Shown: positions 19,797 through 27,539, counted from the first letter of the stretch. The stretch is 64,000 nt of DNA from Alphaproteobacteria bacterium (GCA_041396705.1 JAWKYB010000003.1:28985-92984); one strand, 5' to 3'. Made by a program: numbers and translations. The notes: generated by a model from the letters alone, not told the origin.

Positions 19797-20708
19797 TCAG
19801 GCGTACTCGACCGGGAAGCCGGTCCGCGGCGGCGGCACGTCGGCGCCGAACCACTTCTTGAACGAAGCCTGGTAGCTGAGGAAATCGACTCCGGTCATCG
19901 CCTCGTGCAGCACCGAGTTGACGAAGTTCAGCCAGACCTGATCGCCGGGTTTGACCGCGGCGGCGTAGGAGTTCGGCATCCAGCCATAGCCCGAATCGAC
20001 ATAGCGGTCCGGGAACTGGGCAAGCAGCCAGCCGATGGTCGACTGGTCCAGCGCCGCCGCGTGGGCGCGGCCGGAGTTGAGCGCCTGGATTTCGGCGTCG
20101 ACGCTCTCATACTGGTCGACCTTGGCATCGGGCAGCGCCAGACGGATCCAGTCCTCGATGAACACGTTCTGCAGCGCGGAGACGGTGATGTCGGCGCCGC
20201 CGGCCTTGAGCTGGTCGTAGGTCTGGATGTCCTCGCCCTTCATGAGCATGAGGCCGACGCCTTCGCGGTAGTACGGAATGGTGAACTCGACCTGCTGGGC
20301 GCGCCCCGCCGTCACCGTCATGAACTGGAAGATCACGTCGACCTTGTCGGTGGCCAGGTTCGGGATGCGGGCGTCGGAGGCGCCGATCACGAACTCCACT
20401 TTCTGGTCGTCGTCGAACAGGCCCTTGGCCAGCAGCCGGGCCATGTCGATGTCCATGCCCTGCAGGCCGCCCGCCGCGTCCTCGAAATGCCAGGGCGGGT
20501 TGGTGCTGCCGGTGCCGACGATCACGTGGCCGCGCTCGAGCACCGCCTGCAGCCGGCCGCCGGCCGTCTGGGCCGCTGCCTTGCGGGCGCTGACCCCGAG
20601 CCCGGCCGCACCGGCGATCGCGGCGGCGCCCGCCACGCCCAGCGACGACAAGGTCAGCATGTCGCGCCTGTTGACGCCGTCTCGGTCACGCTCTGGCTTT
20701 TCGGTCAT
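19797..20708 (-). CDS. Amino-acid ABC transporter substrate-binding protein with a Tat signal.
   Basis: MTEKPERDRDGVNRRDMLTLSSLGVAGAAAIAGAAG is a twin-arginine signal. The mature part has the SBP family 3 fold. Confidence 0.8.
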   Translation of the reverse strand: MTEKPERDRDGVNRRDMLTLSSLGVAGAAAIAGAAGLGVSARKAAAQTAGGRLQAVLERGHVIVGTGSTNPPWHFEDAAGGLQGMDIDMARLLAKGLFDDDQKVEFVIGASDARIPNLATDKVDVIFQFMTVTAGRAQQVEFTIPYYREGVGLMLMKGEDIQTYDQLKAGGADITVSALQNVFIEDWIRLALPDAKVDQYESVDAEIQALNSGRAHAAALDQSTIGWLLAQFPDRYVDSGYGWMPNSYAAAVKPGDQVWLNFVNSVLHEAMTGVDFLSYQASFKKWFGADVPPPRTGFPVEYA

Positions 20709-21344
20709 GGCTGAACCTCCCCTGTCATGCCATTCGCCGCCATGGCCGGCGGCCATCGCCGACAATGCACCGGGCCGCAGCACGCGGCAAGCGCTGCCCG
20801 AGCGGGCCGCACCGGCCGCCGCAGCGCATCGGCCGGAACCCGGTCGCAATGCAGCACTGCGCGCGCGGGACCGCGTCGAGGAAAACCGCGCAATGCTCAA
20901 AATGGATGACCGGCGCGAATACTACCCGATCGGGTAGTTTATCGGTTAACTACGTTGCGGCGTCAGATTGCGCGTGTGGAATGCCACATTTTCACTGCTC
21001 ACATTCGTGTGACATTCGCCTAAAGAAACTGTCATTACGATCTGATAAGGTGTAACACAGCGACGGGGGATTTCGGTTAGCATCCTGACCGCTGGCACGG
21101 TGTCCCGCCCGCGCAAACCGTTGAAATGACGGTATATGCGGGGCGCGGACGCATGATGCACGGTAGCGGAGACGAGCCGGATACCGGGGCAGGGTTCGCA
21201 CATTTCGCGCCCTGCCGAGCCACTGCGAAAGGAGGTGCCATCGCGAGGGCAGTCACGTTCATAAGTACGCCTAAATTGGTCGGTACCGCTGTCGGCGGTG
21301 CCAATTGGCATTGATCGTTCGTTCCCTGGGGGGGGGTACACGCA
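20709..21344. promoter_or_regulatory. 636 bp intergenic region upstream of the ABC operon (leftward) and of the LuxR gene (rightward).
   Basis: An AT-rich patch at 20940-21060 carries the inverted repeat TGTGGaatgCCACA (20975-20988) and direct repeats ACATTCG at 21001 and 21012, plus related ACATTTT and TCATTACG. Confidence 0.4.
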
Positions 21345-22196
21345 ATGCGACAGTTAGTCGTTCTGGAGCCGAGCAGGCTCGTCCGCGAGGGTATCTCGCA
21401 TCTGTTGGCCGAACACGGCTATGCGGTCGTCGAACAGACCGCCGTCAACGATCCGGACCAGGATCCGGTATCCGACGACAGCATCGATCTCGTCCTGAGC
21501 GAGCTGCCCGGTCCGCGCTACGACATGACCGAGTGGCTGAAGCGAATCGCGGCCTTCTATCCGAAGGCCAGGATCGTGCTGTTGACCGGGCGCTGCGACG
21601 ATCCGGACACGTTGCGCGAGGCGCTGGCTTGCGGCGCCTTCGGCTATATCGACAAGGATCTGTCTGCCGACGCGGTATGCGCCACCATCGACGCGGTGCT
21701 GCACGGGCAGATCGTGTATCCGCGCGAGCTGCGCGACTGCCTGGTCGGCGACGGCCGGGCACGGGCAGGGCGGGCGGCGCCTGCGGTCCGCGTTGCGGTC
21801 GGCGAATCGGTGCCGGCCGTGCGCATCGCGGCGGTCGGCAACGTCGTCGACCTGCGCCAGCCGAACGGCACGGCCGTGCATGCCGGTCCTGTGGCAGCCG
21901 AGGCGGCGGCACCGCGGGTGCCGGCGCCGTCGAAACCCGCGTTGGCAGGCGCGGGCAGGTTGCAGCAGTTCGGGCTGTCGCACCGCGAGGACGAGATCCT
22001 GCGTCATGTGGCGCGCGGCCACGCCAACAAGATCATCGCAAACGAGCTGAACATCAGCGAAGCGACGGTGAAGTCCCATCTGAAGAGCCTGCTGCGTAAG
22101 CTCAACTTCACCAACCGCACCCAGGCCGCGATCTGGGCGGTGAGCCAATATGGCAGCGCCGCCGGCGGCATGGATCCCGGTGCGCGCACCGCGTGA
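21345..22196 (+). CDS. LuxR/GerE-family transcriptional regulator with an atypical (aspartate-less) receiver domain.
   Basis: The N-terminus has receiver-like topology but VVLEPS replaces the acidic DD pocket, and DLVLSELPGP lacks the phospho-acceptor Asp. The C-terminal HTH is LSHREDEILRHVARGHANKIIANELNISEATVKSHLKSLLRKLNFTNRTQAAIWA. Confidence 0.75.
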   Translation: MRQLVVLEPSRLVREGISHLLAEHGYAVVEQTAVNDPDQDPVSDDSIDLVLSELPGPRYDMTEWLKRIAAFYPKARIVLLTGRCDDPDTLREALACGAFGYIDKDLSADAVCATIDAVLHGQIVYPRELRDCLVGDGRARAGRAAPAVRVAVGESVPAVRIAAVGNVVDLRQPNGTAVHAGPVAAEAAAPRVPAPSKPALAGAGRLQQFGLSHREDEILRHVARGHANKIIANELNISEATVKSHLKSLLRKLNFTNRTQAAIWAVSQYGSAAGGMDPGARTA

Positions 22197-22345
22197 ACCG
22201 GTCCGGGCCCAGCACCCGGGCGCACGAATCCGAACCGGCCGGACGGGGCCCTTACTGGTTGCCGTCCGGCCGGCGGAGGACGCGGGACATGCAGCGATCC
22301 CGCGTGTGGCGTCGGCCGGCGCCGTGCGCCGGCCTGCGGTCCGGG

Positions 22346-22855
22346 CTAGCGCGACTCGTCGGCCGGGCCGATCTGCAGCACCGCGGCCTGCTGCACCCAG
22401 GCGTTGACCGGCGAGGGCTGGTGGCCGCGCAGGATCCAGCCCTGTGCCGGCACCGGCAGGCCGGAGGCCATCGCGGTCCATGCGTCGATCGAGGCGGCCG
22501 GGTTGGGAATCATGCCGACGCCGATCGAGCCGGTTTCCGCCAGCGCATGGTAGTTCCAGCCGCGCAGGCTGCGGCCGCCGGCGCCGAGAATGGTCGAGGT
22601 GCGCGAGCGGACCACGGCCAGGCCGTTGGCGCCGCGCTGCACGTCGACCAGCGCGCCGCTGGAATCGCGCAGGAAGAACTCCGGCCGGTTGCCGGTCAGC
22701 TGCTCGTCGATGATGGCCTCGCGGTAGCCCGCGCTCATCCCGACCGACCCGCCGCCGCGGCTGAAGTTGAACGGCTCGTTGAACAGCTGGGCCTGCGCGG
22801 GCGCGACCAGCGCGCCGGCCGCCAATGCGATGCCGGCGACAAGGACCTTGAGCAT
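22346..22855 (-). CDS. Secreted protein, 169 aa, with signal peptide MLKVLVAGIALAAGALVAPAQA and a CsgF-like mature N-terminus (paralog A).
   Basis: Strong RBS: AAAGGAG, 7 nt, ATG. The mature protein starts QLFNEPFNFSRGGG. It has curlin-like SxxxxxQxGxxNxxA segments. Confidence 0.6.
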   Translation of the reverse strand: MLKVLVAGIALAAGALVAPAQAQLFNEPFNFSRGGGSVGMSAGYREAIIDEQLTGNRPEFFLRDSSGALVDVQRGANGLAVVRSRTSTILGAGGRSLRGWNYHALAETGSIGVGMIPNPAASIDAWTAMASGLPVPAQGWILRGHQPSPVNAWVQQAAVLQIGPADESR

Positions 22856-23452
22856 GGGGGTACTCCTTTGGTGTGCAATCAGCTCCGGGCTTTGCCGGTT
22901 CCCCCATAGGTATTCAACCAAAGGGGGAGGTTCAAGGAAAATGCAGATCGCAGACCGGCAGGTAATGCGTTCAAAGTGTTAGTGTTTTTATTCTACCGCG
23001 CCACCGGCGAATCCGCGAAGCGCTGAGGAATCAAGGCCCGCCGCCTGATGTGGACGCGCTGCGGCCGAGCGGATTCTCTCACATGAAAAATTCTTACCGC
23101 GGCCGCGGCCCTGCAGCCGGGCGCACCGCGACGGACCCGGATTCGCCGGCCGCGGTGCCCGACCGGCTCCTCGGCCCGTCGGAGGGAGTCATCCCTTGGC
23201 ATGAATGCGGCGATCAGCCTTGAGGGCTAGTCAGCAGCGAGGTCATCTTTTGTAGTACAGATCCGGGTGCATGCCGGATCATCCCTTGCGATTAGTACGT
23301 TATCGAAATTGTACAAACTGTCATGATTGCTATGATAGAAAACGAACACAAGAAAACGGCGAATTTTCCTGGTGTTCCCTGGGTCTTGGTGGGAATTCGC
23401 TCTCACACTGCATGTCGAATATCACGCGACTCAATGCGTGAGGAGAGGTCCG
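22856..23452. promoter_or_regulatory. 597 bp divergent intergenic region between the CsgF-like gene (leftward) and the CsgG-family gene (rightward), with strongly AT-rich patches.
   Basis: Positions 22960-23000 and 23220-23400 are AT-rich in a roughly 70% GC background. Likely promoters and regulator-binding sites. Confidence 0.45.
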
Positions 23453-24280
23453 ATGCGATTTGGATTGAAGATTGTTGGTCTCGTTGGCCTGGGCCTGGTC
23501 GTTGCCGGCTGCGCGCCGCGGGCGATCTATGGCGATAACGGCGTTCAGCCGCAGTACAGCTTTCCGGTGACCAACAACGACACGCCCTACAGCGCCTGCC
23601 TGCGCAACCTGGCGGCGCTGCCCGGCAACAACCTGCCGGTCATCGCGGTCGGCGAGGTCTCCGACAAGACCGGCCAGATCAACTACGAGGAAAACGGCAA
23701 TGCGCTGAGCCAGGGCGCGGCCGAGATGATGACCAGCGCGCTGTTCCTGAGCGGCAAGGCCAATCTGGTCGAGCGCTTCGACCTGCGCGTGCCGCTGGCC
23801 GAGGTGTCGATGGCGGAGCAGGGCCTGCTCAATCGCGGCATCGACAGCTATCGCGGCCAGATCCCGGGCAGCGACTTCATCATCCTGGGGGCGCTGACCG
23901 AGCTCAACTACAACATCACCAGTGACGGTGCCGGCCTGTGGATCATGGGCATGGGCGCCGGTGCAAGGACAGTCGTAATCAACGTGGCGTTGGATGCGCG
24001 GGTGGTCAACTCGCGCAACTTCACCGTTGTTTACGCGAAGTCACTTCAGAAGCAGGTATATGGCTTCGAAGTGGAGGCCAATGTGTTCCGTTTCTTTGGC
24101 AACACCTTGGTCGAGTTTGACGCCGGTTCGGTGCGGAACGAACCGCTCCAGATCGCCGTCCGCTCCGTCGTCGAGATGTTCGTGTACGGCATGATGACGG
24201 AGGCGTTCGGGCTGCCCACCACGCCTGAGTGCGAGCTGGTGTCGCTCGAATATCCGTACACGTTGCAAACGGAGGACTAA
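23453..24280 (+). CDS. CsgG/HfaB-family outer-membrane lipoprotein secretion channel, 275 aa.
   Basis: The lipobox is LVVAGC. Blocks align with E. coli CsgG: VGEVSDKTGQ / VYNIQDETGQ, GFEVEANVFRF / SYEVQAGVFRF and SVRNEPLQIAVRSVVE / YTSNEPVMLCLMSAIE. The RBS is AGGAGAGG. Confidence 0.85.
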   Translation: MRFGLKIVGLVGLGLVVAGCAPRAIYGDNGVQPQYSFPVTNNDTPYSACLRNLAALPGNNLPVIAVGEVSDKTGQINYEENGNALSQGAAEMMTSALFLSGKANLVERFDLRVPLAEVSMAEQGLLNRGIDSYRGQIPGSDFIILGALTELNYNITSDGAGLWIMGMGAGARTVVINVALDARVVNSRNFTVVYAKSLQKQVYGFEVEANVFRFFGNTLVEFDAGSVRNEPLQIAVRSVVEMFVYGMMTEAFGLPTTPECELVSLEYPYTLQTED

Positions 24281-24284
24281 GTCA

Positions 24285-25034
24285 ATGCAGCGTAAGCATC
24301 TGTTGGCCGCGGCGAGCGTGATCACGCTCGCCACGGGCCTGGCGGCGCCGTCCGCCCAGGCTTTCGATAGGGTCTGGTGGGACTGGAACCTCGATGTCGA
24401 CACGAAGGTCGACGTCAGGGTCGACGTCGACATCAACGTCGATCCCAAGGGCGCGGTGATCTCCGAGACCGACCAGTACTTCAAGGGCTCGCAGGAAGCG
24501 ACCGCGAAGATCGGCGACGTCTATGTCGATCCGAAGGGCTATCACCTGGACGGTGCCACCGACCTCGGCGAGGTCAACAACGTGGCGGCCGCGCTCGGCA
24601 ACTCGAACGCGATCACCTCGGACTTCTCCGTGCAGTCCGACGTCGACCAGGATGCCATCGGCACCGCCTGGTACGGCGCCGACTTCGAGGCGACCGCGAA
24701 AGTCTATGACATCGACAATGCGTCGGTCAGCAACGTCGCACAGGCGATCGCGAACTCGAACTCGATCACCGTCGACCCGCTGCGCGAGCATGGCTGGTAC
24801 CACAGCAGCTCCGACGACGCGCTGATCATCAGCAATGTCGAGCAGTCGGCCTATGCCAACGGCAGCGCCTACGCCTCGGTCTACGACGTCACCATCCGTG
24901 GCTTCGGCGACCTCGGCTCCGGTGACAACGAGCTGAACCGGGCTCTGGTCACCAACTCGGCGATCGCCGCCGGCAACGTGAACAACATCACCCTGGTGAA
25001 CGGCGCCATCGCCTTCCCCGATCAGGACAACTGA
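24285..25034 (+). CDS. Secreted curlin-like repeat protein, 249 aa. It is the candidate amyloid or cargo subunit for the CsgG-family channel.
   Basis: The signal peptide ends AQA. Four or more degenerate repeats SNVAQAIANSNSIT, NNVAAALGNSNAIT, TNSAIAAGNVNNIT and SNVEQSAYANGSAY resemble the NxAxxxQ curlin half-repeat. The gene starts 5 nt after the CsgG stop. Confidence 0.55.
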   Translation: MQRKHLLAAASVITLATGLAAPSAQAFDRVWWDWNLDVDTKVDVRVDVDINVDPKGAVISETDQYFKGSQEATAKIGDVYVDPKGYHLDGATDLGEVNNVAAALGNSNAITSDFSVQSDVDQDAIGTAWYGADFEATAKVYDIDNASVSNVAQAIANSNSITVDPLREHGWYHSSSDDALIISNVEQSAYANGSAYASVYDVTIRGFGDLGSGDNELNRALVTNSAIAAGNVNNITLVNGAIAFPDQDN

Positions 25035-25147
25035 TCGCAGGGCTGTTGCTCGCAACGCAAGGGCAGGGGCGGCGTTCGCGCCGCCCCCGTCCGCCAAGAC
25101 AGGGAATCGCGCTCCCGACCGCGCCGACGGCGCAGGGAGCGAACGCA

Positions 25148-25582
25148 ATGGGGGTAATGATGACTGCACATGCGAAGACGCGGGGCCTGACCGCCGTGAC
25201 GGCGGTTGCCGTTCTCGCCGCGAGCGCCCTGTGGGCCGCGCCGGCCTCGGCCCAGATGTTCCGCGAGCCGTTCTCGTTCGGCGCGCGCAGCTCGGCCAGC
25301 CTGGCGATCTTCATGCGTCAGCGCGACGACGCGCTCAGCGCGTCCTCGTCCGGCGTCGGGATCGGCAGCGGCACCTCGCAGGCGCTGGTCTGCGGCAGCA
25401 GCGGCGGCACCACCGCGTCGACTGCGGCCGGCAACATCACCTGCGTGCTCGCCGGCAACAACACCAACGTCGTGGTGAACAGCCACCAGGACTCGACCGG
25501 CGACCAGAATGCCGATGCCAACACGCACCAGACGGCGGCGGAGACCATCGGCGACATCCTGAACGGCGAGCCGAACGGCTAG
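25148..25582 (+). CDS. Secreted protein, 144 aa, with a CsgF-like mature N-terminus (paralog B).
   Basis: RBS: GGGAG, 8 nt, ATG. The signal peptide ends ASA. The mature protein starts QMFREPFSFGARSS and is Gly/Ser/Thr-rich with 2 Cys. Confidence 0.55.
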   Translation: MGVMMTAHAKTRGLTAVTAVAVLAASALWAAPASAQMFREPFSFGARSSASLAIFMRQRDDALSASSSGVGIGSGTSQALVCGSSGGTTASTAAGNITCVLAGNNTNVVVNSHQDSTGDQNADANTHQTAAETIGDILNGEPNG

Positions 25583-25777
25583 CGGTCGTACGCTCGCGGC
25601 CCGCGGCTCGGCGCCGCAGGCAGCATTCGGGTCAGTCCGGCGTCGCGCACGGCACCGCAGGGTGCGGGGGCAGATGGGCGGCAGCGCGGCAATCGGCGCT
25701 GCCGGCGACGACCGGCCGGGCCCGGTACGCAAAGCCGAACCGGGATCGCATGCCCGGAGCACCGGAGGAGGAACCAG

Positions 25778-26173
25778 ATGCGCCAGATCGTCATCCTGTC
25801 CATGCTGCCGCTGCTGGCGGGCTGCGGCCTGCCGCCGGCGGTCGCCATCGCGTCCTATGCGGTCGACGGCGTGCTGCTGGCCGCAACCGGCAAGACCACC
25901 AAGGACCATGCGCTGTCGGTCGCCATGCAGCAGGACTGCAACATGCTTCACGTCATCGCCGGCGAGTCGATCTGCCAGGACTACGAGCCGACCCAGCGTG
26001 CGGCGATGGCGATGGCGTCGAGCGGGCCGGGCGAAGAGGCGCTGACCACCACGTCCGACGGGCGGATCATCCGGGTGGCGGCGCAGCCGACGCCGTCGCT
26101 CGACGGCGGCCTGATCGCGGCGGCGCCGCGTGCCGGCCAGGCTGCCGCCGGCGATGCGGCCGCCGCGCACTAG
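25778..26173 (+). CDS. Small lipoprotein, 131 aa, last gene of the cluster.
   Basis: RBS: GGAGGAGG, 6 nt, ATG. The lipobox is LLAGC. Two further Cys are present. Confidence 0.55.
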   Translation: MRQIVILSMLPLLAGCGLPPAVAIASYAVDGVLLAATGKTTKDHALSVAMQQDCNMLHVIAGESICQDYEPTQRAAMAMASSGPGEEALTTTSDGRIIRVAAQPTPSLDGGLIAAAPRAGQAAAGDAAAAH

Positions 26174-26211
26174 GCGCAGGCAAAGCGAACCGAGCTGGCC
26201 GGGCGGCAAGT

Positions 26212-26586
26212 ATGGAACACAACACGAGAGCGCGGCCGGGACCGTCGGGCGAGGAGCCCCGCCGGTCGCCGGCGCCGGAGAGAGGGGCAATGGGCGCGGG
26301 CGAGGGATCCCGGGCCGAGACGGGGCGCCACCGGCGCTTCACGCCGGAAGAGATCGTCAAGATGCTGCGCGAGGCCGATGTCCGGATCAGCCACGGCGAG
26401 AGGGTCGGCGCCATCTGCGCCGACTTCGGCGTCTCGGAGCAGAGCTACTACCGCTGGCGCCGTCGCTATGGCGGCCTGCGCATCGACCAGGCCCGCCGGA
26501 TGCGGCAGCTGGAGCGGGAGAATACGAGGCTGCGCAAGCTCGTCGCGCTGCTGACTGCCGACCGCGAGCAGCACGGCGGCGCCTGA
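26212..26586 (+). mobile_element. IS3-family (IS407-like) transposase OrfA remnant. There is no OrfB or DDE domain downstream.
   Basis: RRFTPEEIVKMLREADVRISHGERVGAICADFGVSEQSYYRWRRRYGGL...LERENTRLRKLVALL shows the HTH plus leucine zipper typical of IS3 OrfA. The ORF stops and unrelated genes follow. Confidence 0.7.
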
Positions 26587-26614
26587 CGCCAAGGGCAGCC
26601 GGCCCGGCTCGGCA

Positions 26615-27457
26615 TCAGGACAGGGTGATGACCACCCGCCTGTTCGCCGCGTTGCGCACGCCATCGCCGGTGGCCTCGGCCGGCTCGCGCTCGCCGACGG
26701 CATCCATCTGGATCCGGCCGGCGTCGACGCCACGGGCGACCATCAGGTCGCGCACCGCCTCGGCCCGAGCCCGCGACAGCAGCTGGTTGTATTCCGGCGC
26801 GCCGGCGGTGTCGGTATAGCCGACCACCGCGATCGGCAGCGTCGGGTCGGCCAGCGCGGCGACGACGGCCTGCTCGACCACGGCGCGGCCGGCGGTGGTC
26901 AGCGCGGCGCTGTCGAAATCGAACAGGATCACGAAATTCTGCGCGTCCGCCGCGCCCGGGCCGGTCTGCGGCCGGCCGCCTGCCGCCATCAGGCATTCGT
27001 AGAAGCCGTCGCGGCAGACCATGATACGGGAATCGTCCTGGTCCTCTTCGGCTTCGGCGATCCAGCAGTCGTAAAGCGCCTGGCAATGCGCCACCAGCTC
27101 GGGCTGGAAGTCGCGGCCGCCGCTGTACAGGATCGCGACCAACTGGGCCCGCGCCTCGATCAGTTCCTGGACGACCGACTCCGGGACGGCACGCGCGGCG
27201 ACCTCGTCGGGCAGCACCTGCTGTCCGTAAGACGCCGCCAGGCCCTTCAGCGCGAAATAGTCGGCGTCGGTCCAGTCGCCGCGGCCGGCCTCGAACACCG
27301 CCAGGTCCTGATACTCGTCCATCAGCGCCACGTTGTGGCGATGGCCGACTCGCGGGGTCTCCTGCAGCGTCTCGATATTCCAGGCGGTGGTGCAGCCCGA
27401 AGCCAGCAACACCGCCGCGATGGCAAGCACCAGCGGTTGCCACGATCGGATGGACAT
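26615..27457 (-). CDS. OmpA-family lipoprotein with a peptidoglycan-binding OmpA_C domain.
   Basis: The lipobox is LLASGC. The C-terminus reads FDFDSAAL...VVGYTDTAGAPEYNQLLSRARAEAVRDLMVARGV...NRRVVITL. Confidence 0.8.
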   Translation of the reverse strand: MSIRSWQPLVLAIAAVLLASGCTTAWNIETLQETPRVGHRHNVALMDEYQDLAVFEAGRGDWTDADYFALKGLAASYGQQVLPDEVAARAVPESVVQELIEARAQLVAILYSGGRDFQPELVAHCQALYDCWIAEAEEDQDDSRIMVCRDGFYECLMAAGGRPQTGPGAADAQNFVILFDFDSAALTTAGRAVVEQAVVAALADPTLPIAVVGYTDTAGAPEYNQLLSRARAEAVRDLMVARGVDAGRIQMDAVGEREPAEATGDGVRNAANRRVVITLS

Positions 27458-27539
27458 GGCGCCTCTCCCCCTCTGCGACTGCCGATCCTAGCCTGCCTCT
27501 TTTGTTGCCGTCGGATCAACTCGCAAGGCGTGGCGGGCG

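Noticed and set aside
21354-22907. 517 aa ORF antisense to the LuxR regulator and CsgF-like gene
   Set aside because: Shadow ORF of GC-rich coding DNA. The LuxR HTH and the signal-peptide protein are convincingly encoded on the annotated strands.
25022-26290. 422 aa minus ORF and 451 aa plus ORF (25231-26586) spanning the CsgF-like B and lipoprotein genes
   Set aside because: Only the last 98 codons of the plus ORF (the IS3 OrfA) are real. The rest is frame read-through across other genes.
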